DNA of 58,767 nt from an uncultured Roseibacillus sp. (GTDB lineage Bacteria; Verrucomicrobiota; Verrucomicrobiia; Verrucomicrobiales; Akkermansiaceae): contig CAXEFH010000001.1 of NCBI GenBank assembly GCA_963989605.1, positions 1 to 58,767 of the forward strand. Direction: 5' to 3'. Below, piece by piece: positions 19,942 to 30,060 of this stretch. A program made the position numbers and the translations under genes. The notes beneath the pieces were generated by a model that was not told where the DNA came from, ran no database searches, and worked only from the letters and a program-made list of their open reading frames with translations. Position 1 is the stretch's first letter, and each line of letters opens with the position of its first letter.

Positions 19942-21057
19942 TCAGGTGGAAGCGCGACGAACCTTCAGCGTCCTCGCTCCATAGTTGTGCTGCCGAATAT
20001 CAACGTGGATGGCAGGCCGGTTTGGGAGGGCATCGGCCCAAGACTCCGTGGGCATGTCGGAGATGACAATGAGGGAGTCATCATCGGAGATACGCTCAAT
20101 GACCGGAATCAGGTCGTGAGCCTCTGTATCGGGCCGGCGATGTGCTCTCGTGAGGGAGACGAGCAGATTTCCGAAGCTGCTCCTTGAAACCACGGGAAGA
20201 GGCTCCCAATCATTGAAATCGGCAAGAAAGGTTGTTGGAATGCCATGTTCGCGCAGGTAGCGCAGGGTCCCGCAGGCAAGGGAGAGAGCCCATTCAAATC
20301 GATCGGCCCGTATCAATTGGCCTGACATGCCAAAGGAGTGGAACAGTACGACGCAATGTCGGGGATAGAAGCCGGGGGGATCATTTTCGCGGACGCGCAA
20401 GCCTCGGCATCGGGTGAATGAACGAGCGGAGGCTGGCCAGTGGATGTGCTTGGCTGGATCCCCTGGCTGCCAGGGGCGGACCCCGCGCAACTCACCGGGA
20501 GCATGACCGGGTGTGATGCCGGGGAGCAGAGAGGCATCATGCAGAGATCCCTGAGTCGAAAGCTCCAGCGGAATAAGTGGCCTTGGGAATACAAGAACCT
20601 CGTGCGAAAACACCCCGGAGGCGCTCATTGAGAAAAGCCCGAGGGGCATCGTCGTTTGCAGGGAATACTCGTGTTCGGACTGGGAGCTGCGTCCTGGGAT
20701 TGTTCCCCGCAGATGGACCTCGGAAGCCGAGCTAGCAGCGGTCCAGGGAGCGAAGGTCCGGATCTCAACCTGCCCGGCAAGTCTGAGTTTGATCTGGATA
20801 TGAAAAGCGTCGAGAAGACCACGCCTGTTGTGAATGACGATCCGCAGGTCAAACGGGTGATCGGCGTAGACCCGGGCCGGTGCCCGAAAGCTCAGGGACA
20901 GGGCAGCGAGATTCTGTCGAACTAGAAACCAGGCCCCTGCCAGAAGAAGCCCTCCACTCAATCCAAGGGTGATGAGAATCCCGTCGATGCGGAAACATCC
21001 GAGGATGGTAAGAGCAAGGGAAGCCCCTAGGAGGACGGCACCACGGCGGGTAAGCAT
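19942..21057 (-). CDS. DUF58 (vWA-like) domain protein
   Basis: Two N-terminal TM helices. HIHWPASAR matches the DUF58 hallmark (xDW[KR]AxAR-like). It sits between a MoxR ATPase gene and a transglutaminase gene. Confidence 0.8.
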   Translation of the reverse strand: MLTRRGAVLLGASLALTILGCFRIDGILITLGLSGGLLLAGAWFLVRQNLAALSLSFRAPARVYADHPFDLRIVIHNRRGLLDAFHIQIKLRLAGQVEIRTFAPWTAASSASEVHLRGTIPGRSSQSEHEYSLQTTMPLGLFSMSASGVFSHEVLVFPRPLIPLELSTQGSLHDASLLPGITPGHAPGELRGVRPWQPGDPAKHIHWPASARSFTRCRGLRVRENDPPGFYPRHCVVLFHSFGMSGQLIRADRFEWALSLACGTLRYLREHGIPTTFLADFNDWEPLPVVSRSSFGNLLVSLTRAHRRPDTEAHDLIPVIERISDDDSLIVISDMPTESWADALPNRPAIHVDIRQHNYGARTLKVRRAST

Positions 21058-21123
21058 GGGAGTGAATCTCGGGGCAGGGTTGGCAAGTATTCGAGAATGC
21101 GACGGAGACGGGTCGTTTCCGGG

Positions 21124-22044
21124 TCAGGGGACAGGGGTCTGATCCAGAGCAGCGTCGAGAATTGGGTCCGGATCCAGAGTGTCATCCGTGAGGAGGCGGT
21201 GCCGGAGGACGTGCGGGTAGACTGCCTGGACGTGATCAGGGTGAACGGCATCCTGCTCCTCAAGAAGCGCGAACGCGCGGGCGGCCGACTGAAGAGCAAG
21301 AGTACCGCGGACGGAGATGGCATGGTCCTGACCTGTAAGGGACCTCGCTGTCTGGCAGAGGGAGAGGAGGTAGCGTTGGAGGGTGTCGGAGATCGCAACA
21401 TCCGTCACCCGGTCCTGGAAGGTTGTGAGCTCCTCAAGAGAGAGCACGCATTGGGCGTGCTCTTTTGCGGGAGGCCCTCCACCGTGAAGTTTCAGGATCT
21501 CGAGTTGGCACTCCTCCGAGGGCAGTGTCATAGGAATTGAGAGCAGGAACCTGTCCAGCTGAGGCTCGGGAAGTGGGAAAGTGCCCGTTGACGACGTGTC
21601 GTTCTGGGTTGCCACCACGAGGAAGGGATCTGGCAGCTTTTTGGTTTCTCCATCAACGGAGACCTGCCGCTCGTTCATGGATTCAAGGAGGGCCGATTGA
21701 GTCCGAGGCGAAGCGCGGTTGATTTCATCCGCCAGAAGGAGGTTTGAGAACACCGGTCCCGGGATGAAATTAAAATCACCGCTCTGCTGATGGTAAAGAT
21801 TGTAGCCAATGATGTCGGAGGGAAGCAGGTCTGGCGTGAATTGAAGCCGTTTGAATATACCGCCGAGAGACGTGGCGAGGGTTGACGCGAGCGATGTTTT
21901 GCCGATGCCCGGCGGACCGGTCACAAGCGCGTGTCCGCGTGCCAGAAGGGCTGTGAGGAGCAGGTCGGCTGCTCGCTCAGAGCCGAGAATCGATTCATTG
22001 AGGGTGGCTCGGAGGGCCTGGAGAGAATCTTGGGGCACGTGCAT
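21124..22044 (-). CDS. MoxR-family AAA+ ATPase
   Basis: Walker A GPPGIGKT, Walker B LLADEINRASPRTQSALLESM. About 306 aa, typical of the AAA_3/MoxR family. Confidence 0.92.
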   Translation of the reverse strand: MHVPQDSLQALRATLNESILGSERAADLLLTALLARGHALVTGPPGIGKTSLASTLATSLGGIFKRLQFTPDLLPSDIIGYNLYHQQSGDFNFIPGPVFSNLLLADEINRASPRTQSALLESMNERQVSVDGETKKLPDPFLVVATQNDTSSTGTFPLPEPQLDRFLLSIPMTLPSEECQLEILKLHGGGPPAKEHAQCVLSLEELTTFQDRVTDVAISDTLQRYLLSLCQTARSLTGQDHAISVRGTLALQSAARAFALLEEQDAVHPDHVQAVYPHVLRHRLLTDDTLDPDPILDAALDQTPVP

Positions 22045-22171
22045 GAGTTACCCGGTAACGGCCCTGGGGAAAATCGGAAATTTGTCTGATGGCAATAACG
22101 CAGCGGTGGGGGCGAGCCCTGGCAAGGCACCGCAATTACGGGCTTTCAGGTCAACGGAGACTACGAAAAGC

Positions 22172-22756
22172 CTATTCTTGGCCCAGTTCGGCGGCGACTT
22201 CGGTGATAGCGGCAGGGTAAATCCTGTGCTCCTCGGCCTGAATCCGGGCATGAAGAGAGGCTGAGGTGTCACCGGGGAGAATCGGAACCCTCGCTTGGGC
22301 GATTACGGGGCCTGTGTCCATTCCCGCGTCGACATAATGGACCGTGCAACCACTCTCACGAGCTCCCGCCTCGACCGCCTGGGTCCACGCGTAGAGGCCC
22401 GGGAATTCTGGAAGGAGGGAGGGGTGAATGTTGATGATACGCCCTGGGAAGGCGTTGAGAAGCGGGGCCCGGAGAAGTCGCATGAATCCGGCAAGGCAAA
22501 CCAGCTCAACGCCCGCCTTTTTCAGTAGCTCAGCCGTTTCGCTCTGAGCTTCCACCGGGAATTTCGACCGGTGGCCCCGGCAGTTAATCAGTTCCGCAGG
22601 CAATCCTGCCTGCGCAGCTCGCTTGAGGATATAGGCGTCCGGAATATCGCTGAGAACCATGACGATTTCCGCGTCGAGGGCTCCTTCCTCAATGGCATTG
22701 AGAATGGCCTGCATGTTGGAGCCAGAGCCTGAGCCAAGAATGCCGAGACGAATCAC
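22172..22756 (-). CDS. purN: phosphoribosylglycinamide formyltransferase
   Basis: GSGSNMQAIL, INIHPSLLP and HYVDAGMDTGP motifs. GTG start. Confidence 0.93.
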   Translation of the reverse strand: MIRLGILGSGSGSNMQAILNAIEEGALDAEIVMVLSDIPDAYILKRAAQAGLPAELINCRGHRSKFPVEAQSETAELLKKAGVELVCLAGFMRLLRAPLLNAFPGRIINIHPSLLPEFPGLYAWTQAVEAGARESGCTVHYVDAGMDTGPVIAQARVPILPGDTSASLHARIQAEEHRIYPAAITEVAAELGQE

Positions 22757-23057
22757 TGAGCGAGGCTAGGAGTGGATGCCCCGGGACACAAGCGCAGGCG
22801 GTGATGGGACGATTCGGGGCATCAAGTTAGCAGGCTGGCCCGGTGGGCTGCGCCCTCCTTTCACTTGCCCGGGAAGGAGAAGCGCGGCATACTGCGGAGG
22901 CTTTGAATAAGGCAGATTCCACGGTCACGCGAGGGCGTGTCATGTCGGGAAGAACGCTTCAGGCGCCCCGGGGTTAACCTCCCCTCCAAGGGTCTTGATC
23001 CATTCCTGCTGATTGTGTCGGAGCCAGAACAGAAACCAACAGGAGTTCCTAACAAAC

Positions 23058-24158
23058 ATGCACGACCCCAGGATTGATCGGCTCGCAGAGCAACTCGTTC
23101 GTCACTCGACCAGGCTGAGGAGGGGCGAGAAAGTTCTGATAGATCTCTATGATGTTCCAGAGGATGTGGGCATCGCCTTGGTCAGGGAGGCCCGTCGCCG
23201 AGGAGCGGTTCCGTTTGTGACGATGAATTCTGTGCGGGTTTCCAGGGAGCTTCTCATGGGAGCTACGGACGAACAGTATCGTTTGCTCGCCAAGCACCGG
23301 ATGGCCGAAATGCGGGATATGAATGCCTACATCGCGGTCCGCGGGAGTCACAACATAGCGGAATGCAGCGATGTGCCTGCCGGGCGGATGGATCTTGCTC
23401 AAGGGCATACCCGTAAAGTTCTTCGACATCGGGTGGAGAAAACCAAATGGTGCGTGCTGCGCTGGCCGCATGCAGCAATGGCTCAGCAGGCGGGGATGAG
23501 CACTGAAGCATTTGAGGACTTTTATTTTCGTGTTTGTCTTCTGGATTACAAGGCCATGAAGCCTGCCATGAATGCGCTGGGACGCCTCATGACGAAAACC
23601 GATCGCGTCCACATCAAGGGACCAGGCACGGACCTCGAGTTCTCGATCAAGGGGATCCCCGCGATTCCCTGTGGCGGCGAGTGCAACATCCCTGACGGCG
23701 AGTGCTTTACCGCTCCGGTCAGGGATTCCGTCAATGGGGTCATCACTCATAATGCAGCGACGATCTATAATGGAATTCCATTTGATGGTATCAGGCTGGA
23801 TTTCGAGAAGGGCAAGATCGTTAACGCAGAGGCCGAGGGAAAGAGCCGTGAGATTAACAAGATACTGGATGCGGATGACGGGGCGCGCTATGTCGGGGAA
23901 TTCGCGCTAGGTTTTAATCCTGAAATCCGGGAACCTATGCGGGATATCCTGTTTGATGAGAAAATCGCTGGATCGTTTCATTTTACGCCCGGGCAGGCCT
24001 ACGACGAGGCCAGTAATGGTAACAAGTCGAAGGTGCACTGGGACATGGTGAGCATCCAGCGAAGTGATCATGGGGGAGGTGAGATCTGGTTCGATGGGAA
24101 GTTGATTCGTAAGGACGGGAAGTTCCTTCCTAAGTCCCTTCTGGGGCTCAACTGGTAG
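23058..24158 (+). CDS. aminopeptidase, M29 (AmpS/PepS, aminopeptidase T-like) family
   Basis: 366 aa from the ATG at 23058. N-terminus [20 protein letters not shown]. Metal-site-like motifs [18 protein letters not shown] and VHWDMV, typical of M29. Confidence 0.8.
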   Translation: MHDPRIDRLAEQLVRHSTRLRRGEKVLIDLYDVPEDVGIALVREARRRGAVPFVTMNSVRVSRELLMGATDEQYRLLAKHRMAEMRDMNAYIAVRGSHNIAECSDVPAGRMDLAQGHTRKVLRHRVEKTKWCVLRWPHAAMAQQAGMSTEAFEDFYFRVCLLDYKAMKPAMNALGRLMTKTDRVHIKGPGTDLEFSIKGIPAIPCGGECNIPDGECFTAPVRDSVNGVITHNAATIYNGIPFDGIRLDFEKGKIVNAEAEGKSREINKILDADDGARYVGEFALGFNPEIREPMRDILFDEKIAGSFHFTPGQAYDEASNGNKSKVHWDMVSIQRSDHGGGEIWFDGKLIRKDGKFLPKSLLGLNW

Positions 24159-24251
24159 GAGTCAGGTAGAGCGGGTGGATAAAAATGGTGAGGCCGGGTA
24201 TGGGACAGGCCCGCCGAATCGCCTTGGAAATAGTAAGGAAGCCTGAAATAT

Positions 24252-25694
24252 ATGGGCTCGATGCTTCGCTTCCTCCTTCTATGGTTGTGTGGTCTTTCGA
24301 CCTCGTGGGCCCAGAGTTATCTGGCGGTCAGCGAAAAGGCTCCGGCTCCCGCCAGAGAATTTCGTGCGGCCTGGGTTGCGTGTGTCTACAACATCGACTG
24401 GCCCAGTAAGAAGGGTCTCAGCGCGAGGCGGCAACAGGTGGAGCTGGCCCGCATTCTCGATCGCATGGCCTCATTGCGTATGAATGCGATAATTTTCCAG
24501 GTCCGGCCCCAGGCGGATGCTCTGTATCGGTCAGGGATAGAGCCCTGGTCTCCCTGGCTGACCGGGACGATGGGGAGAGATCCCGAGTATGATCCACTCG
24601 CATACTGTATTCAACAGGCCCATGCCCGGAATATCGAGGTCCACGCATGGTTCAATCCATTTCGAGCGAGCCCTCACCGGGATCACCGAGTCTCTCCGGA
24701 TCATGTATCCCGAACTCATCCTGCAATCATCCGTGACTTCAAGCTCCACAAGTGGATGGATCCCGCCAGTAGTTTCACAAGACGCCGGGCTCTGGATGTC
24801 ATCGCAGATGTCGTAAGGCGTTATGACGTGGACGGGATACACATAGACGATTATTTCTACCCGTATCCCGATCTGGTCAAGGGTCGGCCCGAGCCTGATT
24901 TCCCGGACGGGAAAACGCCTTCACAGCGTCGTGCCTACGTTGATTCGTTTGTGCGGGGGATGTATTCGAAGGTGAAAGGGATCAAGCCTTGGGTTCGTGT
25001 AGGTATCAGCCCCTTTGGAATCTGGAAGCCCGGGATCCCCCGGGGAACCAGCGCACAGATTAACGCTTATGAGCACTTGGCTGCTGACTCCCGGAAGTGG
25101 TTGGCATCGGGGTGGTGTGATTACCTTTCTCCTCAGCTCTACTGGCGGATTAAAGGGCCACAGAGTTTCTCCCTTCTGCTTGAGTGGTGGCGTGCACAGG
25201 GTTCTCGTCCGGTATGGCCGGGGCTTGCGACATCTCGGATCAAGTCCAGTGAGGATCCGGGCCGCTCGGCTAGCGAGATCGTGAATCAGTTACGACTCTC
25301 CCGTTCGACAGGACGGAACTACGCAGGCCATGTGCATTGGAGCGCCAAGGCCCTGATGGAAAATCGGGGGGGGATCACCACTGCCCTGAGCAGGAGTATT
25401 TATACTCATCCCGCCCTCGTCCCTCCCATGCCTTGGCTGACCAAGAGCTCTCCTGCGACGCTCCGTGTCCGGGCCAAAGCCGGCAAAGGGAAGATCCTTG
25501 TGGAATGGTCTAGAGACTCCTCAGCCAAACAATACGTGGTCCAAGCCCGCTATGGGTCCCGGTGGAATACTTACGCGATAATACATGGCTCTCGCCTGAA
25601 GGTGGAACTTGAGGGCTCGCCGGAGGCGGTCGCGGTCAGCAGCGTGAATCGCTACGGGGTGACATCAGCCCCGACTGTCTTGGGGCGTCGCTAG
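24252..25694 (+). CDS. glycoside hydrolase-like GHL10 (DUF187, YngK-like) protein
   Basis: Signal peptide. Hallmark FRAAWVACVYNIDWPS. TIM-barrel-like region (GIHIDDYFYPY). Confidence 0.8.
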   Translation: MGSMLRFLLLWLCGLSTSWAQSYLAVSEKAPAPAREFRAAWVACVYNIDWPSKKGLSARRQQVELARILDRMASLRMNAIIFQVRPQADALYRSGIEPWSPWLTGTMGRDPEYDPLAYCIQQAHARNIEVHAWFNPFRASPHRDHRVSPDHVSRTHPAIIRDFKLHKWMDPASSFTRRRALDVIADVVRRYDVDGIHIDDYFYPYPDLVKGRPEPDFPDGKTPSQRRAYVDSFVRGMYSKVKGIKPWVRVGISPFGIWKPGIPRGTSAQINAYEHLAADSRKWLASGWCDYLSPQLYWRIKGPQSFSLLLEWWRAQGSRPVWPGLATSRIKSSEDPGRSASEIVNQLRLSRSTGRNYAGHVHWSAKALMENRGGITTALSRSIYTHPALVPPMPWLTKSSPATLRVRAKAGKGKILVEWSRDSSAKQYVVQARYGSRWNTYAIIHGSRLKVELEGSPEAVAVSSVNRYGVTSAPTVLGRR

Positions 25695-25814
25695 GCTTGG
25701 AGGCTGCGCAGGCCTTTTCGATCACGGGATTGCTCCGGAGACCCGGAAAAGTGGTTGCCTAACCCGGATATTTAATAGAACCTGAAGGCCGTTCACCCTG
25801 CGAAGTTTACGCGC

Positions 25815-26021
25815 ATGACCCTCCGGTTCTTCGTCACCCTATCGGGAGCCTTTATTCTAGGCTGGCTCGCGCTGACATTTTTCCGGGAGGTCCCAATGGA
25901 AAGCTATCTGCGGACTCCACCTCCTGACGCCACACCGGTCGATGAGGAAGGGGACCAGGAGATTGCTGCCGACGTGGATCCGGATCGAGTGGCCGTAAAT
26001 AGTGATCTACCGGAAGAATAG
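25815..26021 (+). CDS. small membrane protein, hypothetical
   Basis: 68 aa. One TM helix (FFVTLSGAFILGWLALTFF) and an acidic tail. No family recognised. Confidence 0.4.
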   Translation: MTLRFFVTLSGAFILGWLALTFFREVPMESYLRTPPPDATPVDEEGDQEIAADVDPDRVAVNSDLPEE

Positions 26022-26138
26022 GGGTGCTGGTTGGAAGGGGGAGCCGAGGGCTGCGAATCTTCTTCCTTGTTTCCTGCTGGATACGGCAGGCAAGATCTGC
26101 CTTCTCAGTAGCTCACTGAACTCCCGCCGCCCTCGACT

Positions 26139-27659
26139 ATGGCCGTAACCCTGAAATGCGCTGCTTGCGGCGCCCAAGTCGAATTTGAGGAACTCAACTC
26201 AACTTCGGAAGTCACCTGTCCCGGCTGTCAGGTCAAGGTGCGCTACCGGGAATGCGATGAGCAAATGGCGATTCCCGTCAGCATGGCCCTGCCTGAGGAG
26301 TTTGCGCCCGCAGACCTGAGTTCGGTAGCTGATAAATCGGCCCTTCTTGTTGAGCGGTATAAGAGACAGAAACCCGCTTCCCGTTCCACCAAAGATGATA
26401 CGAGTGACCTAGTGCTGGCAAAGGCCTTGAAGGCCCTCGCTCACAGCGTCGGGATTCTGGATGAAAGGTTAACCCGTCAGGAAGGGAAAGAGCAGTTGCG
26501 CCAGGGGGAGGATGGTGGCGTGGACCCTCAGGAGGAAAATTCCTCTGCCGCGGTGGCGGCCGCCACGGAGGATGGAAGCAGGGGGAAGGACCATGCCGGG
26601 GAGAGCGACCCGGAGGTCGTTCATCTGGGGCCTCAAGAGGCAGACGACCATGCAGGGAATGCCAAGGCAGACCCTGTCGAGGCACGGGTGTTGGTCCGCA
26701 GTGAAGCCGCCCGAATTGCTCATGCATTCCAACGAGAGAGGCATGGGCAGGAGGATTGGATGGAGAGCGCGAGTGACCGCAGGCGCGCAGGTGGATTTTC
26801 ATGGCTCGTCAGCAACTACCCGAAACGGACCATGATGGTCGGGGCTATTCTGATGGCCTCGTTGAGCGTATCGCTAATTCTCTGGACGGCGAACCTTATC
26901 GCTGCGGGAAACAAGACAGGAGAGAACCAGATCCTTCCCAGTTCCCCGTCGATGGGACTGAGCCGTTTGATGGAAGATGACCCCGAGGCAGGCATGGCCG
27001 AGACCGTTGCCCGGGGGTACCTGAACGCAACGAGCGCGCAGGCAGCGTTGCCCTTCGTGTGGGAGGCAGACATCATCCGGGATAAGTTTGCGCGGTATTT
27101 CGTGCCACTTTCACAGCCTGACTCCTACGAACTCACCCTTCAGGACCGCGCGATCGGCAACGACGGGAAACCGCAGTTTCTCTATACGGTTACCTCCCTG
27201 GGGGAGAGGCCGAGAAGGCTGCTGCTTTTGCCGGAGGGAGCCATGCCAAAGGTCTTCTGGGAATTCTTCGAGGAAGTCGGCGAGATGACTTGGGAAGATT
27301 TTCTGTCCAAGAAGCCTCAGGGTCCGACCGAGATGCGGGTTTGGGTGCACCCGGTGGAAATTTATGTCGATGGCTATGAGAGTGAAAAGTGGCAGGCCTA
27401 CGTGCTTCATGACCAAGCAGAGCGTCACAGGGTCCTCGCCTACGCTCCCCGGGACCTGGGTGATGACTGGCAGATCTCGGACGCGCTGCAAAATCAGCCT
27501 GTGACATTCAACCGTCACGAGGCGGTCATGGCCCTGCTCGTCTTGCGACACAAAATGAAAATTGAGGACCAGGCGTTCTCCGGGGTCATCGCGGAAATTG
27601 AAGACGTTGTGGCGACGTCGTGGTTACCGGATCGTTTCCGGTCTGGGAGTAGGGAGTAA
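26139..27659 (+). CDS. zinc-ribbon / single-pass membrane protein, hypothetical
   Basis: N-terminal CxxC...CxxC (KCAACGAQVEF...TCPGCQVKV), an acidic low-complexity linker, a TM helix (MMVGAILMASLSVSLILWTANLI), and a ~250-aa extracytoplasmic domain of unknown family. Confidence 0.6.
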   Translation: MAVTLKCAACGAQVEFEELNSTSEVTCPGCQVKVRYRECDEQMAIPVSMALPEEFAPADLSSVADKSALLVERYKRQKPASRSTKDDTSDLVLAKALKALAHSVGILDERLTRQEGKEQLRQGEDGGVDPQEENSSAAVAAATEDGSRGKDHAGESDPEVVHLGPQEADDHAGNAKADPVEARVLVRSEAARIAHAFQRERHGQEDWMESASDRRRAGGFSWLVSNYPKRTMMVGAILMASLSVSLILWTANLIAAGNKTGENQILPSSPSMGLSRLMEDDPEAGMAETVARGYLNATSAQAALPFVWEADIIRDKFARYFVPLSQPDSYELTLQDRAIGNDGKPQFLYTVTSLGERPRRLLLLPEGAMPKVFWEFFEEVGEMTWEDFLSKKPQGPTEMRVWVHPVEIYVDGYESEKWQAYVLHDQAERHRVLAYAPRDLGDDWQISDALQNQPVTFNRHEAVMALLVLRHKMKIEDQAFSGVIAEIEDVVATSWLPDRFRSGSRE

Positions 27660-27678
27660 TTAGGAACGAAGCTGCAGG

Positions 27679-29778
27679 CTACGCGAGTCCATTGCGCTCA
27701 AGCAGGGGCTGGAGCTCCGGGTCCCGGCCCATGAACTCACGATAGAGCTCATCGACGGGGCGCGAGTTGCCCTTGCTCAGGATGTGATTACGGAAGGCAC
27801 GGCCGGTATCGGGATTCAACACGCCTTCCGACCGGAACCGGGTGAATGCGTCCGCGTCCAGGACCTCGGACCATTTGTAGGAGTAGTAGCCGGCGGCGTA
27901 TCCCCCGGGGCTGTCAAACAGATGGTTAAACTGGCGGGCGATGGTTGGGGTAGGGGAAGCCAGGCTGGCCTTGTAGTCCCCCAGGATCTCCCTGTCGACC
28001 TCATCGAGGTCTCGGTTGAGATAGAGGCCAGGCCGAATATGCAGTTCCAGGTCAAGTTTTCCGAGTGACAGCTGCCGCATGGTGGCGGAGGCGCTCAGGT
28101 AGTTCCGAGCGGCGATCATTTTTTTGAAAAGTTCCTCAGGAATTGGCTGGCCTGTCTCATGGTGCCGGGCGAAAAAATTAAGAGAGTCCCGGTCCCAGCA
28201 GAAGTTCTCCATGATCTGGGAGGGAAGCTCCACCCAGTCCCGGGGGACGTTGACCCCTGCGAGGCTTTTCACGGGGACTTCACTGAGGAGCTGGTGCAGA
28301 AGGTGGCCAAACTCGTGAAAAATTGTTTCTACCTCGCTGTGCGTAAGCAACGCGGGCTGATCCCCAATGGGCTTGGTGAGATTCCCGGTGATCAACCCGA
28401 GATGAGGTTTGCGCTCAGCGTCTCCGGACCCGGGTAAGCCGGTCTCGAGATAGTTCATCCACGCTCCACCGCGTTTCGATTCCCGGGGGTGCCAGTCAGC
28501 ATAAAAGGAGCCGAGAAGCTCACCGGAGATGGAATCATGCAAGTCGTAAAAGCTGACCTCGGGGTGCCAGACTTCAATCTCCGCCCCGGAGGAAGAAGCT
28601 CCCGGCTCCAGGAACGCGCTTTGTCTGCGCGTGATGGTGATTCCGAAGAGAAGGCTGGTCAGGCCGAACAGGCCTTCCATGACGTTATCGACCTGAAAGT
28701 AGGGGCGCAGGTCTTCGTCATCAAAATCATACTCTTCCTTGCGTTGCTTTTCTGCCCAGTAGGACACTTCCCAAGGCTCCAGAGGAGAGGGGTCGATACC
28801 GGTTTTGAGGGCCTTGTAGGCTTCGAGCTGTCTACATTCATCCCGAAACGCATCGACGATACGGCCATGAAGATCCTCAATGAATCCCTTCGCGGTCGCA
28901 CCATTGCCGACCATGCTTCTCTGCAACTTGAGATCTGCGAAATTTGCGAAACCCAGTAACTCGGCTTTTTCCTGCCGCAGCTGGACGATTTGCCAAACAA
29001 GTTCTGAATTGTCGAACTTATCGCTGCGTCCGATAGAGCTCCTGCCCTCAAATATCTTTTTGCGGAGCTCATCGCTGTCCGCATACTGCAGGACGGGGTA
29101 GAAGGACGGGAACTGCATGCTGAAACGCCAGCAGGGAGCCTCCGGGGATCCAAGCCCCTTGGATTCCGCGTCGGCCCGTGCAGAAGTCCGGCAACTTTCA
29201 GGAAGCCCTGCCAGCAGGGCCTCGTCCTCGACGACGAGCTCCCATTCTTTTACCGAGTCCAGAACGTTTTCACCAAATTTCTTGGTCGCCTCGGCCAACT
29301 CACTCTGCAGCTGCGCCATGCGGGCTTTCTTTTCCGGAGGGAGATCGGACCCGGCGTCGCGAAAGTCCGCGCAGGTCTCCTCGACGAACCGTCTGGATAC
29401 GGCGTCAAGATCATTGACGGCGTCCGAGTTCGCGAACAGTTTCAGAGTTTCCCATAATTTTGCGTTCAGGGGGATGGAGGCATGGAAGGAGGTGACTTTG
29501 GGAAGCATCTTGTTGAGAGCGCTCCTCTGGGCCTCATTGTCCCGCACGGACGAAAGGTGATTGAGTTTACCCCAGCCGCGGGCAAGAGGTTCGGTGGCAG
29601 CTTCAAGAGCGGCAAACGTGTTATCGTAGGTGACCTGCTCCCGGGGAATCGCGCAAATTTCGTCGATGCTCTTCTGGGCCTCTCCAATGCCAGCCTCTAT
29701 GTCGCCCTCTACCTTTTCTGGTATCAGTTGCGACCAGCGAATGTGGAACTCTTCTGCGAGGAAGGGATGATCAGGCAT
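27679..29778 (-). CDS. M3-family zinc oligopeptidase (oligopeptidase A / Dcp-like)
   Basis: HEFGHLLH zinc motif with a downstream Glu region (ELPSQIMENF). 699 aa from the ATG at 29778 (MPDHPFLAEEF). The ORF extension to 29985 is not protein-like. Confidence 0.9.
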   Translation of the reverse strand: MPDHPFLAEEFHIRWSQLIPEKVEGDIEAGIGEAQKSIDEICAIPREQVTYDNTFAALEAATEPLARGWGKLNHLSSVRDNEAQRSALNKMLPKVTSFHASIPLNAKLWETLKLFANSDAVNDLDAVSRRFVEETCADFRDAGSDLPPEKKARMAQLQSELAEATKKFGENVLDSVKEWELVVEDEALLAGLPESCRTSARADAESKGLGSPEAPCWRFSMQFPSFYPVLQYADSDELRKKIFEGRSSIGRSDKFDNSELVWQIVQLRQEKAELLGFANFADLKLQRSMVGNGATAKGFIEDLHGRIVDAFRDECRQLEAYKALKTGIDPSPLEPWEVSYWAEKQRKEEYDFDDEDLRPYFQVDNVMEGLFGLTSLLFGITITRRQSAFLEPGASSSGAEIEVWHPEVSFYDLHDSISGELLGSFYADWHPRESKRGGAWMNYLETGLPGSGDAERKPHLGLITGNLTKPIGDQPALLTHSEVETIFHEFGHLLHQLLSEVPVKSLAGVNVPRDWVELPSQIMENFCWDRDSLNFFARHHETGQPIPEELFKKMIAARNYLSASATMRQLSLGKLDLELHIRPGLYLNRDLDEVDREILGDYKASLASPTPTIARQFNHLFDSPGGYAAGYYSYKWSEVLDADAFTRFRSEGVLNPDTGRAFRNHILSKGNSRPVDELYREFMGRDPELQPLLERNGLA

Positions 29779-30060
29779 GGTCAGGAGCTTGGGATTCCAA
29801 GAGCGGATTGTCAAAGAACAGCGCGGGGAGATCAGAGCGAAGGGGTGCTCCGGCCGGAGCGGCCACCGATGTTGCGGATAAGCGGGGGGAGCCCCGCCGG
29901 AGACCAATCCGGCGGGGCCTGACCATTTCTGAAGGCTACAAAGAAGAGTAGGAAAGGTCTGGAGCCGGCTGGATCTGCCGGGCACCCAGAAGATGAAACG
30001 ATGGATTGGCGCGGATTCGCAGAAGAAATTTAATTCTCGTGCCGACGAATTCTCGGCCGC

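Noticed and set aside
22757-22860. Possible ZTP (pfl) riboswitch upstream of purN. On the purN strand there is a 9-bp stem (GATGCCCCG...CGGGGCATC, 22774-22822) enclosing CCGCCUGCGC, which resembles the ZTP 3' element CCGCCUGGGC.
   Set aside because: The invariant GGG is broken (GCG). I cannot find the 5' sub-domain (ACUGGCG / GGUGG...CCACC-GGG) in the right order. A 9-bp inverted repeat with a loop of up to 40 nt is expected several times by chance in 58 kb. An Infernal search with RF01750 would settle it.
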